Shown one piece after another: positions 29,285 to 37,601 of a DNA stretch of 47,994 bases. A program made the position numbers and the translations under genes. The stretch spans positions 1 to 47,994 of the forward strand of contig CAVXGR010000010.1 in NCBI GenBank assembly GCA_963761335.1. The letters are read 5' to 3'. Numbering within the stretch: position 1 is the first letter of the stretch; each line of letters starts with the position of its first letter. The notes under the pieces were generated by a model. The model was not told where the DNA came from and ran no database searches. It was given only the letters and a program-made list of their open reading frames with translations. This DNA comes from an uncultured delta proteobacterium (GTDB lineage: Bacteria; Desulfobacterota; Binatia; HRBIN30; BPIQ01).

Positions 29285-30181
29285 GTGGCGGAGCCATCCG
29301 CAGCGGACGTCATCGGCGAGATCGATTTCGTCATCAAGACATTTCTGCGGCCGCGCTGTCTGGCGCGACTGGTCGACTCGATCCTGGCGCGCTATCCGGC
29401 CGCGCACCTGATCATCGCCGACGACGGCGATCCGTCGCCGGAGGCGCTGGCCGACTACGAGCGGCTGCGACAGCAGGGGCACGAGGTACTGCTGCTGCCT
29501 TTCGACGTCGGCCTCTCCGCCGGACGGAACGCCCTCGTCGAGCATGCCCGCCGCCCGTTCGTTCTGCTTCTCGACGACGACTTCGCCTTCACCGAGAGCA
29601 CCCGGATCGAAACGCTGGTGGAGGTGATGCGGGCCGAGCCCTCGATTGGCGTCGCCGCCGGCTCACTCCTCGACGACGGCGTGCGACTTCTCTCCTACGA
29701 GTACGCCCTGCGGCTGGAGGACGGCGTGCTGCACTACCTGCCAGCAGCGCGCGCACCGCGCCTCATCGGCGGCCACCTGTGCCGGGACAGCGATATCGTT
29801 CTGAACTTCGCCCTCTTCCGCCGCGAGCTGTTCACAGAGCTGCGTTGGGATCCAGCGTTGAAGGTGCGCGAGCATACCGACTTCTTCCTGGGCCTGGCGC
29901 GAACGCCGTGGAAGGTCGTGCACGTGCCCAGCGTCGTCGCCGTACACATGCACGAGGAATTCCCCGAGTACCGGAGATATCGCGAGTCGACCCGGCCCGA
30001 CGACTATCTCGAGGCCAAATGGGGCATCGCCGCGCGCGTCTATTACGACGGCACCCCTCTGCGCGACCGCTACCGACTCTGGCGCGCCCACCTGGACGCC
30101 GCCGGCGCCTGCTTCAAGCGCAAACGATTTCGCGAAGGCTGCCGCTGGTTGCTGCGCCCGGTCCGGCCTCTCCGGGGCTGA
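29285..30181 (+). CDS. GT-A fold glycosyltransferase (GT2; B4GALNT-like)
   Basis: IKTFLRP, IIADDG, GLSAGRN, LLDDDF, DIVLNF, EHTDFF; start uncertain. Confidence 0.85.
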   Translation: MAEPSAADVIGEIDFVIKTFLRPRCLARLVDSILARYPAAHLIIADDGDPSPEALADYERLRQQGHEVLLLPFDVGLSAGRNALVEHARRPFVLLLDDDFAFTESTRIETLVEVMRAEPSIGVAAGSLLDDGVRLLSYEYALRLEDGVLHYLPAARAPRLIGGHLCRDSDIVLNFALFRRELFTELRWDPALKVREHTDFFLGLARTPWKVVHVPSVVAVHMHEEFPEYRRYRESTRPDDYLEAKWGIAARVYYDGTPLRDRYRLWRAHLDAAGACFKRKRFREGCRWLLRPVRPLRG

Positions 30182-30182
30182 G

Positions 30183-30199
30183 CCAACACCTCAACACCC
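30183..30199. repeat. 17-bp direct repeat copy 1 (CCAACACCTCAACACCC)
   Basis: Identical to 31189-31205. Confidence 0.8.
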
Positions 30200-31195
30200 C
30201 GTCACTCCGGCGCGCGCCTGAAGGAAGAGCTCGAACACTTCGCGAGTGGTCTTCTGCGGAATGTAGCCGAACTCCTCCTTGAGGCGGCGGTTGCTGAGGA
30301 CGGGGCGATAGCGCAGGAAGTCCACCTGCTCGGGGCCGTACTGGGTCAGGTGCAGGCTCTGCAGCAATGACAGGCCGCCGCGCAGCAGGCCGGGCGGCAT
30401 CGCCACGTACGGCTTGCCCATCATCTGCGCCATCTCGCGCATGCTCAGCGTGCCGTCGCCGGCGAGATTGAAGATGCCGGTGCCGCCGCGGTGGATGCCG
30501 GTGAGAATGGCGCCGACCACGTCGCGGTCCCAGATGATCACGAACGGGGTGTCGGCACCGCGCACGGCGAGCACGAAGCGGCGGTCGAAGAGATCGCTGA
30601 TCTGGTTGCGCGTGCGCGCCCCGAGAATGGTGCCCGGGCGGAAGACGAGCTGCAGCAGCTCGGGATGATCGCGCCGCCACTCGGCCAGCATCTCCTCGAC
30701 CTGGCGCTTGTGATCCGCGTAGGCGAACTCGGGATTGCCGCGCAGCGGCGCACTCTCGTCGAGCCACTCGGGGTTGTCGGCGTGGTAGCCGTAGGCGGCG
30801 CCGCTGCTGGTGTAGATGATCTTGCGCACCGCGGCGGCGCGACACGCCTCGAGGACGTTGCGGGTGCCGAGCACGTCGACCTGGTACGCCAGGTCGCGGT
30901 TCTCGTTGGGCCCCGGAGTGACGATGGCGGCCAGGTGCACGACCAGATCGACGGCGTGTCGCCGGGCGATCTCCGCCAGGTCGCTGGAGCGCACGTCGTC
31001 GGCACCGTAGACGACGCCGTCGGGGCGCTCGCTCGCCGGCGGCAGGCGCACGTCGGTGGCGACGATGGTCTCAATGCCGCGGCGGTCGGCCGCCAGCGCC
31101 TCGACCAGCTGCCGGCCGATGTAGCCCCCCGCTCCGGTGATCAGTACGGAGCGATAATCGCCGTCGGCGCTGTTGTCTTTGCCAACACCCAACAC
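30191..31195 (-). CDS. Extended SDR / NAD-dependent epimerase-dehydratase
   Basis: ITGAGGYIG, VVHLAA, SSGAAYG, YADHK; start probably GTG 31195 or 31210. Confidence 0.88.
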   Translation of the reverse strand: MLGVGKDNSADGDYRSVLITGAGGYIGRQLVEALAADRRGIETIVATDVRLPPASERPDGVVYGADDVRSSDLAEIARRHAVDLVVHLAAIVTPGPNENRDLAYQVDVLGTRNVLEACRAAAVRKIIYTSSGAAYGYHADNPEWLDESAPLRGNPEFAYADHKRQVEEMLAEWRRDHPELLQLVFRPGTILGARTRNQISDLFDRRFVLAVRGADTPFVIIWDRDVVGAILTGIHRGGTGIFNLAGDGTLSMREMAQMMGKPYVAMPPGLLRGGLSLLQSLHLTQYGPEQVDFLRYRPVLSNRRLKEEFGYIPQKTTREVFELFLQARAGVTGC

Positions 31196-31214
31196 CTCAA
31201 CACCCAGCACCTCA
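31182..31214. repeat. Short tandem CAACACC(T/C) repeats containing direct repeat copy 2
   Basis: CCAACACCCAACACCTCAACACCCAGCACCTCA. Confidence 0.75.
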
Positions 31215-32072
31215 GCTCTTGGCGATGAGCGCGCCGAGCTTCTCGAGCCCCGCGGTGAGGCCTTCGGGATCGAACGCCGGCGGCGGCACCATGAAGCGCG
31301 AGACGCCAAGGTCCTGCAGGCGCTTGATGCCGTCGGCATCGGAGGCGGTGCGCCCGGCGCTCACCTCGATCGACGTCGCGTCGCGCCCGAGCTTGGCGCA
31401 CTCCTCGCGCATGATTCCCAGCAGCCAGGAGAGCTTGGCGTCGTCGGTCACCCCCGGGAAAAAGCCGTCGCCATAGCGCGCCGCGCGCCGGGCGGCGAGC
31501 TCGGTATGGCCGCCGACGACGATCGGCACACCCGGCTTCTGCACCGGCTTCGGGTGCGACTCGAGCTTGCCCCAGCGGAAGAACTTGCCCTCGAAGGGCT
31601 CCGCCTCGTCCTTCCAGAGCGAGCGCATGGCGCGCACCGTCTCCGCGGTGCGCGCCGCGCGCTCGGCGAAGGGGATGCCGAGAGCGTCGAACTCCTCCTC
31701 CAGCCAGCCAACGCCGATGCCGAGAATGGCGCGGCCGTGCGACAGCACGTCGAGCGTGGCGACCTCCTTGGCGACGTAGAGCGGATGTCGCTGCGGCAGG
31801 ATGAGGATGCCGGTCGCCAGCTTGAGCTTGCTGGTCACCGCCGCCGCGTACGCCAATGACAGCAGCGGATCGGGGATCGGCAGCTGCTCCGGCGCCGGGA
31901 TCTTGCCGGACGGGTCATACGGATAGGCAGACTTGTAGCCGACTGGAATGACCACGTGCTCCACCGTCCATATCGAGTCGAGACCCACCCGCTCCGCCGT
32001 GGTCGCCAGATGCGTCAGCATCTCCGGGAAGGTGAACGGCCCGGCGTTCGCATACATCAATCCAAATTTCAT
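31212..32072 (-). CDS. LLM class F420-dependent oxidoreductase (Rv2161c-like)
   Basis: DSIWTVEHVV, DPLLSLAYAAA, AKEVATLDVLSHGR, GVGWLEEEF, PIVVGG. Confidence 0.9.
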   Translation of the reverse strand: MKFGLMYANAGPFTFPEMLTHLATTAERVGLDSIWTVEHVVIPVGYKSAYPYDPSGKIPAPEQLPIPDPLLSLAYAAAVTSKLKLATGILILPQRHPLYVAKEVATLDVLSHGRAILGIGVGWLEEEFDALGIPFAERAARTAETVRAMRSLWKDEAEPFEGKFFRWGKLESHPKPVQKPGVPIVVGGHTELAARRAARYGDGFFPGVTDDAKLSWLLGIMREECAKLGRDATSIEVSAGRTASDADGIKRLQDLGVSRFMVPPPAFDPEGLTAGLEKLGALIAKS

Positions 32073-32162
32073 GGCGCTCTGGTTACTATGAAGCCCGTGT
32101 TCTGTCGAACCCGCGCTCCCGGCGTTTGACCTCGTCCGGCAATCCGGGGTTTATGCCCCGCT

Positions 32163-33368
32163 ATGGCCGGGTTCGATCCCTTCGCCGACGGCGCCATCGA
32201 GGATCCCTATCCGCAGTACGCGCGCCTGCGGGAGACCGACCCGGTGCACTGGAGCGACAAGCTGCGCAGCTGGGTGCTCTTTCGGCACGACGACGTCACC
32301 GCCCTCTTTCGCGATGAGCTACGCCTGAGCAGCGACCGCTCCAGAGCAGCGAAGTTCCGCGGCCCGGCGCTCCCCGAGGGATCGCCGCCGCTGCGCACGG
32401 TGTCCTCGGATCCGCCGGCGCACACACCCGTGCGCGCCATGCTGAATGCCTGCCTCGGCCCCCGAGTGCGCACCATCGGGCCGCTGGTCGACGAATTGAT
32501 CGAATCGCTGCTGCCGCGCCTCGGGTCCGCCACGGAAGCGGCCGTCGAGCGGGCTCGGCTCGGCGACGATGTCGATCTGGTCGCCGAGTTCGCCTATCCG
32601 CTGCCCATCAACGTCATTGCCGAGCTCCTCGACGTCGCCGCCGGCGACCGCGCCCAGTTCCAGGAATGGTCGAGCGCCGTCGCCCGCGGAATGGACCGCT
32701 TCTACTCGGGCGGCGAGGCGACCACGGGGCTCCGCGACATCGGCGTCTACTTCTATCAGATGGTGCTGGAGCGCCGCGCCACCACCGGCGACGACCTGGT
32801 GCACCGACTTCTCGGCGCCAGGTACGACGGCGACAAGCTGAGCGACTTCGAGGTGGTCGCCATGTGCACGGCGCTGGTCTTCGGCGGCCACGAGACGACG
32901 GCAAACCTGATCGCCAACGGCATGCTCGCCCTGCTCCGGGAGCCGCAGCAGCTGGAGTGGCTGCGCCGCCATCCCGACGCCATCGATATCGCCATCGAGG
33001 AGCTGCTGCGTTTCGACAGCCCGGCGCAGCTGGTCTCACGCACCGCGGTCGCCGATTTCGAGATTCGCGGCTGCCACATCTCCGCCGGCGAGGCGGTGCT
33101 GGCGGCCATCGGCGCGGCGAATCGCGACCCGGCGATATTCGCCGATCCCGATCGCCTCGACCTGGGTCGCGACCCCAACCCGCATCTCGCCTTCGGCCTC
33201 GGCACCCACTTCTGCCCCGGAGCGCAGCTCAGCCGCATCGAGGCGCGCGCCGCCATCGGAGCGCTGCTGCGCCGCTTCCCGCGCTTGCGCCTCGGCAGCG
33301 CTCCGGCGGTGCGGCGCCGCACCGCCGTGCTGCGCGGCCTCGAGCACCTGCCGGTACGGCTCGCCTGA
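32163..33368 (+). CDS. Cytochrome P450
   Basis: GGHETT I-helix, EELLRF ExxR, HLAFGLGTHFCPG heme ligand. Confidence 0.95.
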   Translation: MAGFDPFADGAIEDPYPQYARLRETDPVHWSDKLRSWVLFRHDDVTALFRDELRLSSDRSRAAKFRGPALPEGSPPLRTVSSDPPAHTPVRAMLNACLGPRVRTIGPLVDELIESLLPRLGSATEAAVERARLGDDVDLVAEFAYPLPINVIAELLDVAAGDRAQFQEWSSAVARGMDRFYSGGEATTGLRDIGVYFYQMVLERRATTGDDLVHRLLGARYDGDKLSDFEVVAMCTALVFGGHETTANLIANGMLALLREPQQLEWLRRHPDAIDIAIEELLRFDSPAQLVSRTAVADFEIRGCHISAGEAVLAAIGAANRDPAIFADPDRLDLGRDPNPHLAFGLGTHFCPGAQLSRIEARAAIGALLRRFPRLRLGSAPAVRRRTAVLRGLEHLPVRLA

Positions 33369-33383
33369 GCGAGGGGGAGACCC

Positions 33384-34496
33384 TCAGAGCGTGCGACGGA
33401 ACAGCGCCGTGGCGGCGCCCATGGTGACCACGGTGAAGCCGACGAGCACGGCGATGTCGAGGCCGATGGCGGCGAGCCCGGTGTTCTTGAGGACCAGCGA
33501 CTTGAAGCCGTGCACCGCGTAGGTGAACGGGTCGACGACGGCGATCGCCTTCATCCAGCCGGGAAAGGCGTTGATCGGATAGACCGCGCCGCTGGGGAAG
33601 AAGAGCACGGTGTTGAGGACGCCGAAGATGGCGCGCGGGATGAGCGGATCGCTGACCCGCACCATCAGCAGGAACATCATGCTGATCAGGGCCAGGGAAG
33701 TGGTGACCACCAGCAACAGCATGCGCGCCAGGCGAAAGACGTTGAGCGGATCGGGAATCCCCGCGATCAGCGAGCCGAAGACGACCAGGACGCTGCCGGC
33801 GATGATCGCCTTGGCCGCCCCGGCGAGAGTGAAGCCCATGATCAGCTCGTACTTGCGGATGGGCGTGACCAGATAGCCCTCGTGCAGACCGCGCGCCTTG
33901 TCGTCGATGTAGATGATGCCGCCGCCGATCATCGCCGAGACGAAGATGGCGAGCACGATGGTGCCCGGCAGCAGATACTGGACATAGGGAACGTAGGGAT
34001 AGATCTCCACCACCGAGAGGGTCGCCAGCGCCGACATGCGCGGCCGCGGCGCCCGCTGGTTGTACGGGGCAAGCATTTCCTGGAGCGTGCCTTCCAGGGT
34101 GGCGGAGACGAACTGGTCGGTGTTGTCCTCGATCAGCGCCAGACGCGGGTTGGCGCCGGCGAGCAGCTTGCGCGAGAACTGCGGCGGGATGTTGAGAACG
34201 CCGCTGATCTTCCCCTTGCGGAGGTCCTGAAGCGCGGCTGCCTGGTCGGCGTAGGGAATGGTCTCGAAGGTGCGCGCATTGGCGGCCACCGCCTGGAACA
34301 TCTCCTTGAGCTTCACCACCGGCACGCCGTGGTCCTGATCGACGACGCCGACCGTGAGGTTCTTGACCTTGCCGCCAAAGGCGTGCCCGAGCACCACCAG
34401 CTGCACCAGCGGCATGATCATGGAGACGACCACCAGTGTCGGGCTGCGGCGGAAGCGCCGCAGGTCGCGTTCGATGATGGCGAGGATTCGATTCAC
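33384..34496 (-). CDS. ABC-2 type transporter permease
   Basis: N-terminal TM, periplasmic loop, C-terminal TMs, SGAVYP..PGWM...DPFTYAV. Confidence 0.9.
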   Translation of the reverse strand: MNRILAIIERDLRRFRRSPTLVVVSMIMPLVQLVVLGHAFGGKVKNLTVGVVDQDHGVPVVKLKEMFQAVAANARTFETIPYADQAAALQDLRKGKISGVLNIPPQFSRKLLAGANPRLALIEDNTDQFVSATLEGTLQEMLAPYNQRAPRPRMSALATLSVVEIYPYVPYVQYLLPGTIVLAIFVSAMIGGGIIYIDDKARGLHEGYLVTPIRKYELIMGFTLAGAAKAIIAGSVLVVFGSLIAGIPDPLNVFRLARMLLLVVTTSLALISMMFLLMVRVSDPLIPRAIFGVLNTVLFFPSGAVYPINAFPGWMKAIAVVDPFTYAVHGFKSLVLKNTGLAAIGLDIAVLVGFTVVTMGAATALFRRTL

Positions 34497-34503
34497 AGCG
34501 GGC

Positions 34504-35526
34504 TCACTGACGGTTGTACATGAAGTCGGTGTTGTACTTGGCGGCGCTCTGCAGGGCGTCGCGCAGCTGGTGGCCGGTGTAGTGGACGAAGACGTCGTCG
34601 AGCGTGGTGCTCTGCACCGACAGCGAGGAGACGGTGACGCCGGACTCACGGGCGGTCTCCATCAGCGCCACCGTGGTGCGCGGGCCGTTGTCGGAGGAGA
34701 TGCGGAAGACGTGGTCGTCGGCCTTGACGTCGGCCACCTCGGGCAGGGCCCGCAGCGTCTCCATCCAGCCGTCCGGCACCTCCGAGAAGCTCACCTCCAG
34801 GATGTTCTTGCCCGGGATCGAGGCCTTCAGCTTGAGGGGCGAGTCGAGCGCCACCAGCTTGCCGTGGTCGACGATGGCGATGCGATCGCACAGCTTGTCG
34901 GCCTCGTCCATGTAATGGGTGGTCAGCAGGATGGTGAGGTCGCGCTCGCGCTTGAGGCGCGCCAGCATGTCCCAGACGGCGACCCGCGACACCGGGTCGA
35001 GACCGGTGGTCGGCTCGTCGAGAAAGAAGATCTTCGGCTCGTGGACCAGGCCGCGGGCGATCTCCAGGCGGCGGCGCATGCCGCCGGAGAACATCTTGAC
35101 GGGCTTGTCGGCCCATTGGGTGAGATCGACCGCCTCCAGCAGCTCGCGGATGGTGCGCCGGCGCTTGTCGCGCGGCAGGCCATAGAGCTTGGCGAAGATG
35201 CTCATGTTCTCCTCGGCGCTCAGGTCGAGGTCGGAGGTCATCGCCTGCGGGATGACGCCGATGCACTGGCGGACGTCGTTGGCGGCGGTGACCACGTCGA
35301 AGCCGTGGATGCGCGCCGCTCCCGAGGTCGGCGGCACCAGGGTCGTCAGCATGCGGATGAGCGTCGACTTGCCGGCGCCGTTCGGCCCCAGCAGCCCGAA
35401 CACCTCGCCGTGCTCGACCTCGAAGCTCAGGCCGTTGACGGCGCAGAAATTGCCGAAGCACTTGGTCAGGTTCTCGACCTCGACGTCGAACCTCGGCTGG
35501 CCGTTGCCGGCGTGCACGGCGGTCAC
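34504..35526 (-). CDS. ABC transporter ATP-binding protein (DrrA-like)
   Basis: GPNGAGKST, FSGGMRRR, LDEPTTGLD, TTHYMDEA; GTGA overlap with HlyD gene. Confidence 0.93.
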   Translation of the reverse strand: MTAVHAGNGQPRFDVEVENLTKCFGNFCAVNGLSFEVEHGEVFGLLGPNGAGKSTLIRMLTTLVPPTSGAARIHGFDVVTAANDVRQCIGVIPQAMTSDLDLSAEENMSIFAKLYGLPRDKRRRTIRELLEAVDLTQWADKPVKMFSGGMRRRLEIARGLVHEPKIFFLDEPTTGLDPVSRVAVWDMLARLKRERDLTILLTTHYMDEADKLCDRIAIVDHGKLVALDSPLKLKASIPGKNILEVSFSEVPDGWMETLRALPEVADVKADDHVFRISSDNGPRTTVALMETARESGVTVSSLSVQSTTLDDVFVHYTGHQLRDALQSAAKYNTDFMYNRQ

Positions 35527-36590
35527 GACGGCCCCGGGCGGTGATCCGTCTCCAGCGGCAGGGTGACGTAGGCGGTCATGCCGACCGCCAGGCTGCGGTC
35601 GCGGTTGTCGCAGCGGAGGCGGATCTCGAAGGTCTTGATGTCGCGCTTGGTGCGGCTCACGTCGCGCTGCGTGGCGTAGTCGGCATCGACGCCGCGATAG
35701 AAGACCGGGCAATGGCGCTCGGCGCCGGAAGGCAGGCGGACGGCCAGCTGGTCGCCCAGACGAATGCGGTCGATGTAGGTTTCTTCCACGTCGGCACGCA
35801 CCCACAGGTCGTCGGGATTGATCAGCGTGACGATCCCCTGCCCGGGATTGACCACCTCTCCGGGAAGAGCGGCGCGGACGTCGACGATGCCGCCGATCGG
35901 CGCGTGAATCTCGGTGTAGCCGAGCTGCACCTTGGCCTTTTCCTTCTGCGCCCCGGCGGCGGCCAGCTGGTGCTTGTTGGCGTCGAGCGCGGCGCGCCGC
36001 GCCGCGATCTGATCGGCGTTCGACTGTGCCAGCGCCAGGGCTGCCTGCGCCGCCTGCACCTGCTTGCCGAGCGCATCGACGTGGGCGCGCGACGCGGCAT
36101 AGGCGGTGCGCGCCTGGTCGTACGCCTGCTTGGACTCGACTCCCTTGTGAAAGAGGGTCTCCTCCCGATCGAAGATCAGGTGGGCGTTCTCCAGGTCGGC
36201 CTTGCCCTGCGCCAGGCTTGCCTCGGCGGCGGCGAGGTTGGCCTCCGCCTCGCGGATCTGATTGTGCGTCTGCGCCTCCTGGAAGCGCAGGTCGGCTTCT
36301 GCCCCTTCCACCTGCGACGCCGACCTCCGCTCGCTGTCGGCGTAGAAGGCCACGTCCGCCTTCCACGCCTCGGGCTGGATCAGGCCGAGGAGATCTCCCG
36401 GCTTCACGGTGTCGCCTTCCTTCACCAGCAATCGCTGCAGGCGCCCCTGCACCTCGGAGCTGACGATGACGTCGTCGGTGGTGACGATACCGGTGAGCAC
36501 CAGGTCGCCCGGCCGGCGGGTGGCGGCGTAGTAGAGGCCCGCGGCGAGGACGACGAGGGCGGCGGCAAGCAGCGGCAAGCGGCGCTTCAC
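35523..36590 (-). CDS. HlyD family efflux periplasmic adaptor (YbhG-like)
   Basis: N-terminal anchor, lipoyl halves (VKEGDTVKPG; APIGG..V...PGEVV), coiled coil, GMTAYV. Confidence 0.92.
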   Translation of the reverse strand: MKRRLPLLAAALVVLAAGLYYAATRRPGDLVLTGIVTTDDVIVSSEVQGRLQRLLVKEGDTVKPGDLLGLIQPEAWKADVAFYADSERRSASQVEGAEADLRFQEAQTHNQIREAEANLAAAEASLAQGKADLENAHLIFDREETLFHKGVESKQAYDQARTAYAASRAHVDALGKQVQAAQAALALAQSNADQIAARRAALDANKHQLAAAGAQKEKAKVQLGYTEIHAPIGGIVDVRAALPGEVVNPGQGIVTLINPDDLWVRADVEETYIDRIRLGDQLAVRLPSGAERHCPVFYRGVDADYATQRDVSRTKRDIKTFEIRLRCDNRDRSLAVGMTAYVTLPLETDHRPGPS

Positions 36591-37243
36591 GGCAATGACT
36601 CCTGCGGATCGACGAAGAGACCGTGGCGGATGAACTCGAGCACTTCCCGCTTGCGGCGCTGCAGATTGGCGGTGCTGTAGGCGTCGGCGTGGCCGAGCAT
36701 CTGCAGCACCGGGGCGGCGGAGAAGTAGAACACCATGAGGCCGACGATCGAGATGGCGGTGTGGCGCGGATCGGTGCGGCGAAAAACGCCTTTGCGCACG
36801 CCGCGCTCGAGCAGCTTGTTGAATGCCTGGCTGCGCGGCACGAAGTACTTGCGCACCAGGCGCTCCAGCGGCTTGCCGCGGGCGGTCATCAACTGCTGAT
36901 AGAGAGAGGCGTAGCGCTGCCGGGCGCTGACGAAGTCGAAGTACAGGCTCACGTAGCGCAGCAGCACGGCGCGGGCGTCCCCCGGGGCGGCGAGCACCTC
37001 GAGTGCCTGGATGTTGAACTCGCGGAAGTGATCCTCGACCACCGCCTCGTAGAGGCCGCCCTTGCTCTTGAAGTAGTAGTAGAGCAGCGCCTTGTTCACC
37101 CCGGCGGCGGTGGCGATGGCGTCGGTGCGCGCCCCCGCCAGCCCGGCGCTGGCGAAGATCTGCCCCGCCGCCGCCAGGATCGCCGCCCGCGTCTCGCCCC
37201 CGCGCGCCTGCCGGCGCGCCGTGCCGTGTACGTCTGTCCGCAT
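36587..37243 (-). CDS. TetR family regulator heading the efflux operon
   Basis: FASAGLAGARTDAIATAAGVNKALLYYYFKSK. Confidence 0.92.
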   Translation of the reverse strand: MRTDVHGTARRQARGGETRAAILAAAGQIFASAGLAGARTDAIATAAGVNKALLYYYFKSKGGLYEAVVEDHFREFNIQALEVLAAPGDARAVLLRYVSLYFDFVSARQRYASLYQQLMTARGKPLERLVRKYFVPRSQAFNKLLERGVRKGVFRRTDPRHTAISIVGLMVFYFSAAPVLQMLGHADAYSTANLQRRKREVLEFIRHGLFVDPQESLP

Positions 37244-37250
37244 CACAAGT

Positions 37251-37268
37251 TAACTAATCAGTTAGTTA
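37251..37268. promoter_or_regulatory. TetR operator palindrome
   Basis: TAACTAA-TCAG-TTAGTTA perfect inverted repeat just upstream of tetR; TTGACT -35 on the minus strand at 37289-37294. Confidence 0.75.
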
Positions 37269-37307
37269 GTAACGGGACGACCGCGGCCAGTCAATGCGGG
37301 GGGCATG

Positions 37308-37592
37308 GCGGTTCTCATCCGTGGGGGGAACCGCAGAGAACGCAGAGGGCGCAGAGAAAAGAGAGGGCCGCCAAGCCGCCAAGGACGCCAAGAGAAGATC
37401 GCCAAAGAGGAAAGAAGACTGGCCACTCCGCAGACGGGGCCCATCGAGCGACCATGCGCATGCGCTGGCGGAGTGGCCAGTCTTCTTTCCTTCTCGGCGT
37501 CCTTTCTTTGCGCTCTCGGCGTCTTGGCGGTTCTCTTCTCTTCCTCTGCGCCCTCTGCGTTCTCTGCGGTTCTCCCCACAGATGAGAGCCGC
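37308..37592. repeat. About 285-bp imperfect palindrome built from 9-mer repeats
   Basis: CGCAGAGAA/CGCAGAGGG and CGCCAAG repeats mirrored on the right; perfect 23-bp inner arms 37409-37431 / 37468-37490. Confidence 0.85.
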
Positions 37593-37601
37593 GAATGCCG
37601 C

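Noticed and set aside
26868..29411. Long alternative-frame ORFs (847 aa here; also 1999-3744, 13602-15431, 20348-22246, 37305-39374, 41839-43794)
   Set aside because: Shadow ORFs overlapping well-supported genes in high-GC DNA; Arg/Ala/Gly-rich with no motifs
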